A stretch of DNA of 64,000 nucleotides, taken from an uncultured Acidobacteriota bacterium (GTDB lineage Bacteria > Acidobacteriota > Terriglobia > Terriglobales > Acidobacteriaceae). How positions within the stretch are numbered: the first letter of the stretch is position 1; every line of letters begins with the position of its first letter. The stretch is taken from NCBI GenBank assembly GCA_963743375.1, contig CAVUQA010000015.1, positions 7,801 through 71,800 on the forward strand. The letters are read 5' to 3'. Positions 39,848 through 49,362 of the stretch are shown one piece after another. Position numbers and translations under genes: made by a program. The notes below the pieces were generated by a model that was not told the origin of the DNA, made no database searches, and saw nothing but the letters and a program-made list of their open reading frames with translations.

Positions 39848-41617
39848 CTACTCTTCCTTCGCTTCAGCTCCTGGCATCACCTTCAATGGGGCTTGACGCT
39901 TCTCTTCGAGTTCGGCATGGGGTAGGGGTTTGCGCGGGAGCATCTGATCGCGCATGGCGGTGTTGTAGACAAATATCGCCTCGACAACAGCAGCCTGCGC
40001 CAAGTCGTCTGCCTGCAGCCGTTCATAGACGTCCATGTTGCTGTGGTGGGTGCGCGATCCATAGTCGAGCATGTCTTGAACGAACTGAAAGCCGGGTATG
40101 CCGAGAGAGTCGAAAGCTTCGTGATCAGTACCGTCGGTATCTTGCATCGTGATGGAGCTTACGCCGAGGTCCTTCAGCGGCTCGATCCACTGCTGGAAGA
40201 TCGGGCCGACCGCAGCATTCTGCTGTAGATAGATTCCACGGATTTTTCCTGTGCCGTTATCCAAGTTGAAGTATCCGGAGATCTTTTGCTGATCGGGCTT
40301 CAATTCAACCGGGCCTGCGGGCTTGCGTGCGAACTCCGGCAGCGCCAACTGATCGGGAGCTGTAGAGAGCGGCGCGTATCCGAAATGCTGTCTAACGTAG
40401 CCGTACGAGCCGAATTCGCCTTGCTCCTCGCCGGTCCAGAGGCCCACGCGGATCGTGCGACGCGGTTGTACCTGGAGGGCATTGAGGATGCGCATAACCT
40501 CCATGGCCACAACAGCCCCCGCGCCGTTGTCGGTGGCACCAGTTCCGGACGCCCACGAGTCGAGATGGCCACCAACCATGACGACTTCCTCTTTCAACTT
40601 CGGATCGACGCCTGGTATCTCGGCGATCGTGTCGAAGCCGTGTTGGTGATCGCCGGTGAATTCGGTCTCGACATCCAATTCGACGGTGACTGGCACGTTC
40701 GCCTTGAGCAGCCGATAGACGCGACCGTAGTTCTCAATCGCCATGACTACGATGGGAAGAGGCTCGGCATGCTCGCGCTTGTAGGTGAACCAGCCCAGGC
40801 CAGAACCGCCGTCGTCAAATATCGTTCCGCCCGAGCCGCCGGCGCCGCGGCCATCGCGACTCGGAACCACGACTCCCGCGGCGTGCTCGGCCGCGAAAAA
40901 GTGTCCGGCTTTTTCACGAAATTCGAGCTCCTTGATGAACTTCCGCGCCCATTCCTCCCTTTCTCCGACGTGAACCGGGTACTCTGCCAGATTCTTCAGA
41001 TTGCCCTCGTCGCGCCGCTCGAACAGCGGCTTGTCGACCGGCTTCACTTCTCGCATTTCGCCGAAGAAAACAATCTTGCCGTCTAACTTGCCTTTGTATT
41101 TGTCGAAGTCCTTTTCGTCTTTCGCATCCACCCACACGACGCGCGCATTGATCGGGCCGTGGCTCGGAGGAGACCAGGGCAATGCCTGAGCGATAAAGAC
41201 TGCGGTGTCCGGCGCCGACATACGAACCCAGGTATTGAGCTGGCGCCAACCCATGCCGAACTCTCCCCAGTCTTCGAGATGGGCGTTGCTGCACCCCATG
41301 GCGGTGAACTGGTCGCGCGTCCACTCGTTGGCGCGCTTCAGGTTAGGAGAACCGGTTAGGCGTGGGCCGATTCCGTCGATCAGCCCCGATGCGTAATCCA
41401 TCACGTGGGAATGCGAAAGGCCCTCGTCCCGGATGCGCTGGTACATGGTGAGATCAAGGTTTTCAGTCGGGGGCTGGGGCTGTTCGTAAGAAGTCTTGCC
41501 GATGTTGTCCGCTTTGCTATCTTTTGGCTTGTCCGCGGCTGAGCAGAAGGTCAGGGACAGAAGGAGGGCAAGGATCGAAGTCGGGGTCTTAGACTGTTGC
41601 ATTCTTAATGTTTCCAA
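39848..41617 (-). CDS. M28 family metallopeptidase (aminopeptidase) with PA-like insert
   Basis: 589 aa with a signal peptide and metal-ligand blocks VMVGGHLDSWASGTGATDNGAGAVVAMEVMRIL, GLWTGEEQGEFGSYGY and NLDNGTG. Confidence 0.9.
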   Translation of the reverse strand: METLRMQQSKTPTSILALLLSLTFCSAADKPKDSKADNIGKTSYEQPQPPTENLDLTMYQRIRDEGLSHSHVMDYASGLIDGIGPRLTGSPNLKRANEWTRDQFTAMGCSNAHLEDWGEFGMGWRQLNTWVRMSAPDTAVFIAQALPWSPPSHGPINARVVWVDAKDEKDFDKYKGKLDGKIVFFGEMREVKPVDKPLFERRDEGNLKNLAEYPVHVGEREEWARKFIKELEFREKAGHFFAAEHAAGVVVPSRDGRGAGGSGGTIFDDGGSGLGWFTYKREHAEPLPIVVMAIENYGRVYRLLKANVPVTVELDVETEFTGDHQHGFDTIAEIPGVDPKLKEEVVMVGGHLDSWASGTGATDNGAGAVVAMEVMRILNALQVQPRRTIRVGLWTGEEQGEFGSYGYVRQHFGYAPLSTAPDQLALPEFARKPAGPVELKPDQQKISGYFNLDNGTGKIRGIYLQQNAAVGPIFQQWIEPLKDLGVSSITMQDTDGTDHEAFDSLGIPGFQFVQDMLDYGSRTHHSNMDVYERLQADDLAQAAVVEAIFVYNTAMRDQMLPRKPLPHAELEEKRQAPLKVMPGAEAKEE

Positions 41618-42215
41618 TCAGGGCGTGGAGCCAAGAGTTCAGATCATCTTCCGGTTGCACTTTCCAACAGCTTCGCGTTTAACATTGGCAAACAGCCCGT
41701 CGACGGCTCGAACGGGGGAGAAGCAATTCGACATCGTGCTAAAGACATCACATAGGGCTCCAACGAATGCGCGGAGCTACCGCGCACATCCGACCAAGCT
41801 GATTCATTGATCTTCGATGGTCAAATGCACGGCCGTTAGCTCCTTGATCTCGTTGATCCCAATCGCGTGCCTTCCTTTCCTCTCATATACAGTGCCGTTC
41901 GCACGCTCGTATTTCCCTAGGAACGGCAGGAGCTTCTGCCGTTGATCGATGTCGGGCATTTTCGCCGAGATCGGAAAATACGGTTCACCATCCTTGGTCA
42001 GGATGACAAGCAGGGAACCTTACGAATAGCGCGGAACCTATCCCGAGATCGAAGAATCTTCAACCGTCCTCCCAAAAAATCGCGTTCAGCTCTGGTGCGA
42101 CTACGTTGGTCTTTGGAACACCGCTGCCGGGGAACTTCTGCCCAGCTTCTTGCAGATATCAATACCTGCTTGCCAGTTCCACACACCCACAGCGAAACAA
42201 GCTGGAGTTTCCCGG

Positions 42216-42725
42216 TCATTCATCTGGTACTTTGGTTAGCCGGGCGTGGCTCTCAGTCCAGTGGGCGCCTCCGTCGTCAGACACCATCTCCGTATCTGAG
42301 CGGTAGTCAGTATGGCTAAAATCAACCATGTCCTTAATCAGAGTCTTTTTGCCGTTGCTATCAAATTCCCCGCTGGTCGTCCAGATCTTCCCATTAATCG
42401 TCGCTCGACCCACCACAGGGTCCCGATCTGTGCCAAGCGACGAGGCTCGGTATATCTTGTCCGCGCTATCGTAAGTCAAAATCAAGAGTTGATTTGTCTT
42501 GCCGTTGATCATTTGGTCGCAAACCACAAACCCGCGGTTAGGTAACCAAGCGCACTCATCATCCACACTGAATGGTGTTCCCTTGGTGCCTTCGGTTCTC
42601 CAGTGACCCACCCAGAGTTCTAGCTTCTCTAATTCCGCCGCTGCCGCAAACAATGGCAGACGCTTGTCTGAGAACGCTATACAACAGAGCACTCCGAGAA
42701 TCATAAGCAAATACCGGGATCGCAT
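42216..42725 (-). CDS. hypothetical secreted protein
   Basis: Signal peptide MRSRYLLMILGVLCCIAFS, then ..LELWVGHWRTEGTKG..CAWLPNRGFVVCDQMINGK.., predicted beta-rich. No family was recognised with confidence. Confidence 0.55.
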   Translation of the reverse strand: MRSRYLLMILGVLCCIAFSDKRLPLFAAAAELEKLELWVGHWRTEGTKGTPFSVDDECAWLPNRGFVVCDQMINGKTNQLLILTYDSADKIYRASSLGTDRDPVVGRATINGKIWTTSGEFDSNGKKTLIKDMVDFSHTDYRSDTEMVSDDGGAHWTESHARLTKVPDE

Positions 42726-42816
42726 ATTCTCAAATCTCACTTGGACTGACGCCCGGCGGAAACTGTGGGCTGCGGACAACAATTCTCCACCCCCGCGGCA
42801 TTCGTTTGTCAGCCGC

Positions 42817-45564
42817 TCACTTCAGCACAGCAGGCATTGGTTTGGTAGCGTTGGCGTCCTGCCAGAGAATCACATTCAGTTCTTGTGCGTTGACAGCATC
42901 AGGACGAGAAAAATCCATCTTGGCTGATTGCTTCGAACCCGGAGTCTTCTCGTCGTTCATCTCGTACAGCAGTCCGCTGCGTAAATTCTTAGCGTCCGCC
43001 TGATAGGGCGGTTGCGTTCCGGGCCCACCGAACAGGGACACCATCAGAGGTGCATGAGCGTCGAACAGGTTCATTGGAGGAAGCCCAATCAGTTCCTCCA
43101 TCGTGTGGATCATGCTCACCGTTGTGTAGAAATGACGGTCAATGAAGGGTGCCTCCGAACGCGGCGAATACTTGCTGATCACCAATGCAGTTGAACGATG
43201 TGCGTCGACATGGTCCACTCCGTCCTGCGCATCGTCTTCCACAACGAAGATAGCCGTATCGTCCCAGTACGGGCTATGCGACACTGCATCAACCACACGC
43301 CCGACTGCGAGGTCGTTATCGGCGACCGAGGCTCGCGGCGCAGGCTTGCCCACGCGTGTTCCCCCAGTGTGATCGTTAGGTAGCCACAACTGAATGAACT
43401 GTGGCAGTTCTTTTGCGGTGCCACGACCTTTCACGAACTCACCAAACTCGCGCAGAAATTCGTCGGCACGGAGTTGATCGGGATAGTCAATTGCAAAATC
43501 TGCATACAGCGGATCGATGTGACCCCGTTGCGCTCCTTTTGTCGGACGGACGCTTCTTAGCCTGGGAATTGCCCAGGGCCATGGACTCGGGCCGCCATTG
43601 GGGTTGCTGGCGCTCGTCGGCAACGGCTCTCCCGGCTTGATTTCAGCCGAAGGACAAACCGCAGAAATCGGCGATGGCGTGCCTTCTCTTGGCGAGGTCA
43701 CTTTTTCATCTCTGCACCAGGAGGCGTCCACCATTTCTCCATAGATGCGGTAGGTAAAGTTGTGCTTGGCGAGATTGTCCCAGAGAAAACCAGTTCCCGG
43801 ATCATCCATCAAGGGGAGACCCTGATCGAGAGCGTTTCCTTGATCCTGCGGACGCTCGCTGCCGCGATAAATGATGGGCCAAATCTTTTCCATGTAGTCG
43901 GACGTGGCAGAAGCATCAGACCAAAGGTGGCCATTGGCCGAGACGTCTCCGCTGTCATAAAAGTTGTCGAGCACCCCGAACTGCAGGGCCAGTTTGTGCT
44001 CGTTAGGCGTAATCTCAGCGCCGTACATGCTCAGCGAGGGGTCACCGTCGCCTATTCCCAGGTCGCCGAGGATCTGATCGTAAGTCCGATTTTCTTTGAG
44101 AATGTAAATCACATGCCGGATGGGATTCTGGCCACCGGTAAACTCAAGCTTCTCAGGAGCAGAGTGGACAAGATTATTGTCTTCCACCCGCCGCGTATAG
44201 TCGGCCAAATTCGTGTCAATCTCGCCCAGGCTCAACCGCTGGATCGCCCCGCCGATCAGTGTGGCGATATAAGGATGCGGGTTAGGATGCAGTCCTGTCT
44301 GCACTGCCGCTTTCATATTGTTCGGCCCACTGCTTTCGCCTTTGGCGCTCGCGATCAGCAAATCATTTCCGGCAAAAGCCAGAGCACTCGGGTACCACTC
44401 CGTGGGAACAAAGCCGACGGGCGATTCCACGATAGCCACATCTGCGGTCTGGTCGTTGGGTTTGGTTTGGAATACTGCGACAGCATTGAGCGACGCAACC
44501 GCGGCGTAAAGATGCTTCTCATCCGCGGAAAGAGCGATAGCGATTGACGCTGCGCCGGGCTCATCGTTACGGTCAAGGGCTGCGCGGTAACATCGTTGCG
44601 GCACACCCCGCTTCAAATCCACCGCGGCCACACCATCGGCCTTGGCGGTGGCTGCATTAGACATGGCTACGTAGAGTGTGTCTTCGCTTCGATTCAGCAG
44701 CATTGCCGTCGGATGCGTGCCAGGTGCGACAGGATCAGAAGGTCGCCATAACTCAAGGCGGCGCGTGACCTTCCTTTTCTTAAGATCCAATTCGGCCACT
44801 GCCGAGTCATTCCATAAACTCGCCCAGGCGATGGTTCCGGTTCTGTTGGCGATAACGGTGTAGGGGTATGCCGCAGGGACGTATTTACTGGTACTCACAT
44901 CAAAGGATTTCAGAATTCGGCCGGAGGTAACGTCGAGCAGAACGACATTGTCAGATAGATTGTTGGCTACGAGCAGCCGGTCGCCTTTGGTCGAACTCAA
45001 AACAGCAAAACCGGCGGGATAGGCGGGCGCAGTTCCCGCCGCATTCTTTCCAATATCTAGAGTGACTGTTTTCCCCGGCGCCAGCCGCTGCGCAGGGATT
45101 GTGATGAATCGTTCGGGCGTAACTTCCCCATCTGCGAATTTGTACACCGCTATACCGTTTTCTGCAGCCGCCCCCATGGACGCGTAGAGATGTTTGCCAT
45201 CGGTCGAAAATCCCAGCCCGATAAAGTAGCTCTGCAGGGTCGATTTTTCGTCGCCGCGTAGTCGATCGTCAGGAAAATCGCGCAACTGGTTATTGCTGAG
45301 GTCGAGAATCGCGATCGACTGCCGCACGCCGCTTTCTTGAGTGCCGTATCCTTGATTGAGAAACGCGGCGTACCGGCCATCGGGACTCAGAGCAATGGTG
45401 GCGGGGTAGCTGTTGGTGCGAGCGATGAAGCCGGGGATAGGAACGGTTAGGGTCCTGTTCGTAGGAAGATTGATTTTACGCGAATGCTCGTTTGCGCGCG
45501 CGCCTATGAACAACAGGCAAAAGACCGAAAGCGCAGCAAGGAGGAGGGCGAATGTTCTTGTCAT
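42817..45564 (-). CDS. bifunctional beta-propeller (YncE-like) / phosphoesterase-family (PLC/acid phosphatase-like) protein
   Basis: 915 aa with a signal peptide, N-terminal propeller-like repeats, and the C-terminal phosphoesterase block IRHVIYILKENRTYDQILGDLG ... FVVEDDAQDGVDHVDAHRS. Confidence 0.88.
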   Translation of the reverse strand: MTRTFALLLAALSVFCLLFIGARANEHSRKINLPTNRTLTVPIPGFIARTNSYPATIALSPDGRYAAFLNQGYGTQESGVRQSIAILDLSNNQLRDFPDDRLRGDEKSTLQSYFIGLGFSTDGKHLYASMGAAAENGIAVYKFADGEVTPERFITIPAQRLAPGKTVTLDIGKNAAGTAPAYPAGFAVLSSTKGDRLLVANNLSDNVVLLDVTSGRILKSFDVSTSKYVPAAYPYTVIANRTGTIAWASLWNDSAVAELDLKKRKVTRRLELWRPSDPVAPGTHPTAMLLNRSEDTLYVAMSNAATAKADGVAAVDLKRGVPQRCYRAALDRNDEPGAASIAIALSADEKHLYAAVASLNAVAVFQTKPNDQTADVAIVESPVGFVPTEWYPSALAFAGNDLLIASAKGESSGPNNMKAAVQTGLHPNPHPYIATLIGGAIQRLSLGEIDTNLADYTRRVEDNNLVHSAPEKLEFTGGQNPIRHVIYILKENRTYDQILGDLGIGDGDPSLSMYGAEITPNEHKLALQFGVLDNFYDSGDVSANGHLWSDASATSDYMEKIWPIIYRGSERPQDQGNALDQGLPLMDDPGTGFLWDNLAKHNFTYRIYGEMVDASWCRDEKVTSPREGTPSPISAVCPSAEIKPGEPLPTSASNPNGGPSPWPWAIPRLRSVRPTKGAQRGHIDPLYADFAIDYPDQLRADEFLREFGEFVKGRGTAKELPQFIQLWLPNDHTGGTRVGKPAPRASVADNDLAVGRVVDAVSHSPYWDDTAIFVVEDDAQDGVDHVDAHRSTALVISKYSPRSEAPFIDRHFYTTVSMIHTMEELIGLPPMNLFDAHAPLMVSLFGGPGTQPPYQADAKNLRSGLLYEMNDEKTPGSKQSAKMDFSRPDAVNAQELNVILWQDANATKPMPAVLK

Positions 45565-46198
45565 GTTCTTTGCGACTTTGTGTCATCAGCTTTCTTGATC
45601 TGCTCAATGACAATCGCTTTGATGCCCGATCGCTGAAACATCTTCCCTTTGATTTCTACCTAACTTCCCACGAAGCAAAACAGCTTGTCTTGCTGCGAAG
45701 TGTCCCGAATCACTGCTGACATCGGAATGTAGATGACCGCTTTTCTAGTAATGACAACCGACGGCGAACCAGCGCGTTGAAGTTGAATCGGTTGATATAG
45801 CAAGGATGCCACGGTAGGACGGTGGCGAGTCTTGAACGTATTTGACCCTTCGCACTGTGAGATTTTGTGGCGTACGTACAACTGAGATTTCGGGCATTCC
45901 GTTGGCATGATTGCAACGGTAAAATTGAAGGCAGAGACGAAGGCTAGTATTATGAGGCGCGCGACCGCCTCCGACGATCTGTTGCCTGGCTCTCCATGTA
46001 AACGCTGCGAAAGATCAGCCTGGTAGTTTGACGCAACGGTCGCCACTCGTACCTTAGAGGAGGCGGCAAACCGTACCCGACGCTGTCTAGACCAAGCGAC
46101 GCTGAAAGAGGTAATGATTTCGTAAGAATGAATGTTGCGAAACATTCCTGGCAAATTCGGAGCATTAAAACAAGCTCGAGTTACGTTCTGGGCTATCA

Positions 46199-46903
46199 TC
46201 AAACACGAAGGGCAAATCGCGTCAGCATTTCCCGTCGCCCTAGACTAGTGATGTCTAAAGCTCTGCTATCGAGATCTTGACTTACCCATTTTCTTTTCAG
46301 CACAACTCTCAGGAGCGCTGCCCCTAGTGCCCCGCCTAGATGAGGCCGCCGCTCACTCCAGTCCACACAGGCGTACGCGAAGCGCCGACGTAGAGTCCGA
46401 GTTGCCTCGACATCAACGTCAAGTGCCTCAAATGCTGTCGTTCCACGTGGGGTGAGGTCGCATGTATTATCGCCAGCCGATGAATCGACCGACAGCCACC
46501 CCAGAGCCTGGAATTGGGCATGCAACGAGACACCGAGAGTGCCCGCGATGTGATCGTAGCAAGTCCGTGCGGCGCGCAGTCCGTATGGCGTGTTCGGCAC
46601 GAAGGCGTCGCGTGATCCGCCGGCGAGAACGCTTAAAGCTTCGAGCGCGGCCGCCACACTGGTTCCGTCCAGACTGTAGTAACGATGCTTTCCTTGAGCG
46701 AACAGCTTCACCAATCGTTGCGTCTTGAGCCGCTTCAGATGCACGCTGGCGGTTGACGGGGTCACGCCAGCCACTACTGCGAGCTCGGTGCTCGTTCTTG
46801 CGCGGCCGTCTAGTAGGCAGTAAAGCATGCTGGCTCGGGCTGGCTCGCCGATGGTGGCCGCGATTCTGGAAACCGAACTGTCAGCACGGTGTTCAACATT
46901 CAT
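46199..46903 (-). CDS. ArsR/SmtB-type winged-helix regulator with about 130-aa C-terminal extension
   Basis: IAATIGEPARASMLYCLLDGRARTSTELAVVAGVTPSTASVHLKRLKTQRLVKLFAQGKHRYYSL. The start is taken at MNVEHR (46903). It is divergent from the NIPSNAP operon. Confidence 0.8.
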   Translation of the reverse strand: MNVEHRADSSVSRIAATIGEPARASMLYCLLDGRARTSTELAVVAGVTPSTASVHLKRLKTQRLVKLFAQGKHRYYSLDGTSVAAALEALSVLAGGSRDAFVPNTPYGLRAARTCYDHIAGTLGVSLHAQFQALGWLSVDSSAGDNTCDLTPRGTTAFEALDVDVEATRTLRRRFAYACVDWSERRPHLGGALGAALLRVVLKRKWVSQDLDSRALDITSLGRREMLTRFALRV

Positions 46904-47087
46904 ACTTTGATAATAAACGAAGTGTCCATGTTCAACAAGTAGCATATTAGCGCGTGTGCATCCATCCGAAACCTCAACCCGAGAGCTGACCCGACGCCAA
47001 CTGATTGGGATCATTGTCGCGATGGCCTCAGCTGTTCGGCCGGGCTTTGGCGATCCAAGGAGCGAACCTGCCAATAAGAGGATATCA

Positions 47088-47432
47088 ATGACGATCACCT
47101 GCTTCATCCGCTACCAGATTGACCCGTTCCAGCGAGACGAGTTCAAGAAATACGCCCAGAATTGGTGCCGCATTATTCCCAGATGTGGCGGCCATCTCAT
47201 TGGATATTTCCTGCCCCACGAAGGCACGAATGATGTGGCGTGGGGTTTGATTGCATTTGACGGTCTCGCCTCCTATGAGAACTACCGGGCACGCTTGAAA
47301 TCGGATCCGGAAGCGCGTGAGAACTTTTCCATGGCGCAGAGCAAACGTCTCATCCTCCGCGAAGAGAGAAACTTCGTGGAAGTGGTCGATGGAACCTTTG
47401 GCCTTCCGTCCACACTCGCAGGACCAAGGTAA
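47088..47432 (+). CDS. NIPSNAP family protein
   Basis: 114 aa from the ATG at 47088 (AAGAGGA upstream): [50 protein letters not shown]. Confidence 0.8.
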   Translation: MTITCFIRYQIDPFQRDEFKKYAQNWCRIIPRCGGHLIGYFLPHEGTNDVAWGLIAFDGLASYENYRARLKSDPEARENFSMAQSKRLILREERNFVEVVDGTFGLPSTLAGPR

Positions 47433-47438
47433 TTCCCC

Positions 47439-48260
47439 ATGATGGCTCAGGATGAAAAAGGACAGGCATTTCGCGCGCTCCATGAGCGTGATGGCGCTTT
47501 CATCATTCCCAATCCGTGGGATGTAGGAACTGCGCGGCTCTTGGCACGCCTGGGTTTTGAGGCGCTGGCCACCACCAGCGCCGGCTATGCGTTCTCTGTC
47601 GGCCAGCGCGATAAAACGATTGGGCTCGACGAGATGATGGTGCACGTTTCCGCAATCGCGTCCGCAACCGATCTTCCTGTCAGCGCCGATCTTGAGAATG
47701 GTTTCGGTGACACGCCTGAGAGCGTCGCGGAGACGATCAAGCTGGCCGCGGAGTCCGGGCTGGTTGGCGGTTCGATTGAAGATGCATCGGGGCGTGGAGG
47801 TGATGAGGTCTACGAGCTCGCGCATGCTGTCGAGCGAGTCCGCGCGGCTGCGGAAGTCGTGCGTGACCTCCCGTTTTGTTTTACCCTGACCGCGCGGACC
47901 GAAACTTATCTCGTCGGACGACCTGACTTGAAGGACACCATCAAACGCCTGCAGGCCTATCAGGACGCGGGCGCCGATGTTCTCTATGCGCCCGGCCTGA
48001 CTACGAAAGATGAGATTGCCACTCTGGTGCGCTCCGTTGATCGACCAGTGAATGTGATCATGGGATTGCCCGATGTTCAATTGAAGCTGGCCGAACTCTC
48101 GGCGATTGGAGTAAGACGCGTCAGCGTCGGTAGCGCCCTCTCCCGCACTGCCCTTGGTGCCTTTCTTCGCGGCGCCCACGAGATGCGAGAGCATGGCACC
48201 TTTACCTTCGCAAAGGAGGCTGTGAGCTATCGGGATATCAGCGCCATGTTCACTGAATGA
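47439..48260 (+). CDS. isocitrate lyase / PEP mutase family protein
   Basis: 273 aa: FRALHERDGAFIIPNPWDVGTARLLARLGFEALATTSAGYA..; DAGADVLYAPGL. It starts 6 nt after the NIPSNAP stop. Confidence 0.88.
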   Translation: MMAQDEKGQAFRALHERDGAFIIPNPWDVGTARLLARLGFEALATTSAGYAFSVGQRDKTIGLDEMMVHVSAIASATDLPVSADLENGFGDTPESVAETIKLAAESGLVGGSIEDASGRGGDEVYELAHAVERVRAAAEVVRDLPFCFTLTARTETYLVGRPDLKDTIKRLQAYQDAGADVLYAPGLTTKDEIATLVRSVDRPVNVIMGLPDVQLKLAELSAIGVRRVSVGSALSRTALGAFLRGAHEMREHGTFTFAKEAVSYRDISAMFTE

Positions 48261-48297
48261 CGTGCGCTCCAATTCGAGGATGAAACAGGCGAATACA

Positions 48298-49047
48298 ATG
48301 AAGAAAATTGGCATCGTAGGCGGTGTGGCCTGGCTGTCAACCGTAGATTACTACTCGGAGATCTGTCGTCTCAGTGAACGCTGGTGCCTCGCTAGGGACC
48401 CACAAGCTGTGCCTGCCACACCGGAGATGAGCATTGAATCCTTAGACCTGAACAAGGCGATTTCTTACCTCGGGACCGATGACAACGAGGAATCCTGGCG
48501 CAACTTTGACGAGTACCATCGTGCCGCCCTCCAACGCTTAGAAATCAGTGGCGCCGACTTTGCCCTCATGGCAAGCAATACTCCTCACCACCGCTTCGCG
48601 ACCATCGTGGGCGGGGTTGGGATACCCGTTATCAGTATTGTGGAGGCTATAGCAAAAGAGAGCGCTCGCATCGGAGTGACCAAGGTCTTGATCCTGGGGA
48701 CCGGGCTGACCATGAGATCGCCACGATTTCGTGAGGGTTTTGCGAAGTATGGAATTGAAGCGGCTGGTCCCCACGACGAAGCAGCCAGGACCGCGACGAT
48801 CGGGCTGATAACAGAGTTACAACTTGGCAAGTCGAAAGGCGCCGCAGAGCGGCTCGGGAGGATCGCGAGAATCTCGATCGAAGGGCAGTTTCGGGCGCAG
48901 CCCGCAGTGTGTCTGGCGTGTACCGAGTTGGCCCTTGCGTTTCAGGAGCAAAGGATGACCGCCACCTTTGAACACGATGGTGTCTTCTATCTCAATACCG
49001 CTGCCGTGCACATAAACGCTGCCTTTGATTTCGCTATCAATAAATAG
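48298..49047 (+). CDS. aspartate/glutamate racemase superfamily protein (one-Cys variant)
   Basis: MKKIGIVGGVAWLSTVDYY. The first catalytic position reads ASNTPH (Ser where classical members have Cys in ACNTAH), while the second Cys is retained in CLACTELAL. Confidence 0.82.
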   Translation: MKKIGIVGGVAWLSTVDYYSEICRLSERWCLARDPQAVPATPEMSIESLDLNKAISYLGTDDNEESWRNFDEYHRAALQRLEISGADFALMASNTPHHRFATIVGGVGIPVISIVEAIAKESARIGVTKVLILGTGLTMRSPRFREGFAKYGIEAAGPHDEAARTATIGLITELQLGKSKGAAERLGRIARISIEGQFRAQPAVCLACTELALAFQEQRMTATFEHDGVFYLNTAAVHINAAFDFAINK

Positions 49048-49362
49048 ATGAGCTCAACGTCAGCGGGCAGCGGTAGCGAAAATGACAGTCCAACGGAGAA
49101 AACCCGGGAACGCATTGGTCGCGTCAGTATTTACACCCACTCCGAGTCGGGATCTCGATCAATATCGAGCGCGTCCAACTCGGGGTACTTTGTGAGGTCA
49201 ACTTTCCGTGCCATCAGCGATGCCATTTCCGGAAGCAATCAAGCCGCTTCTCCTGAAGCTTGAATTGGTCCTATCAGGACTACAAGAGTCGCTCTGGCAG
49301 AACGCAATCTATTTCGATTATCTGAGCATCCAATTTCGGCATACCACAGATTGGGGAAATCC

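Noticed and set aside
40286-41086. 266-aa + strand ORF
   Set aside because: It is antisense to the M28 peptidase gene and no domain was recognised.
41804-41959. 51-codon minus-strand ORF (MPDIDQRQKLLPFLGKYERANGTVYERKGRHAIGINEIKELTAVHLTIEDQ)
   Set aside because: It looks protein-like, but no family was recognised, no ribosome-binding site is evident, and it may be another gene fragment. It is not reported as a feature.
43762-44547. 261-aa + strand ORF
   Set aside because: It is antisense to the phosphoesterase/propeller gene and no domain was recognised.
47085-48314. 409-aa ORF on the minus strand spanning three + strand genes
   Set aside because: It is antisense to the NIPSNAP, PEP-mutase-like and racemase genes, all of which have clear family motifs. 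Its composition is not protein-like (Arg/Gly/Ser-rich).
49048-49263. 71-aa Ser-rich ORF starting right after the racemase stop
   Set aside because: It has low-complexity composition and no motif. A competing 31-codon minus-strand ORF occupies the same DNA. The evidence is insufficient to call either one.
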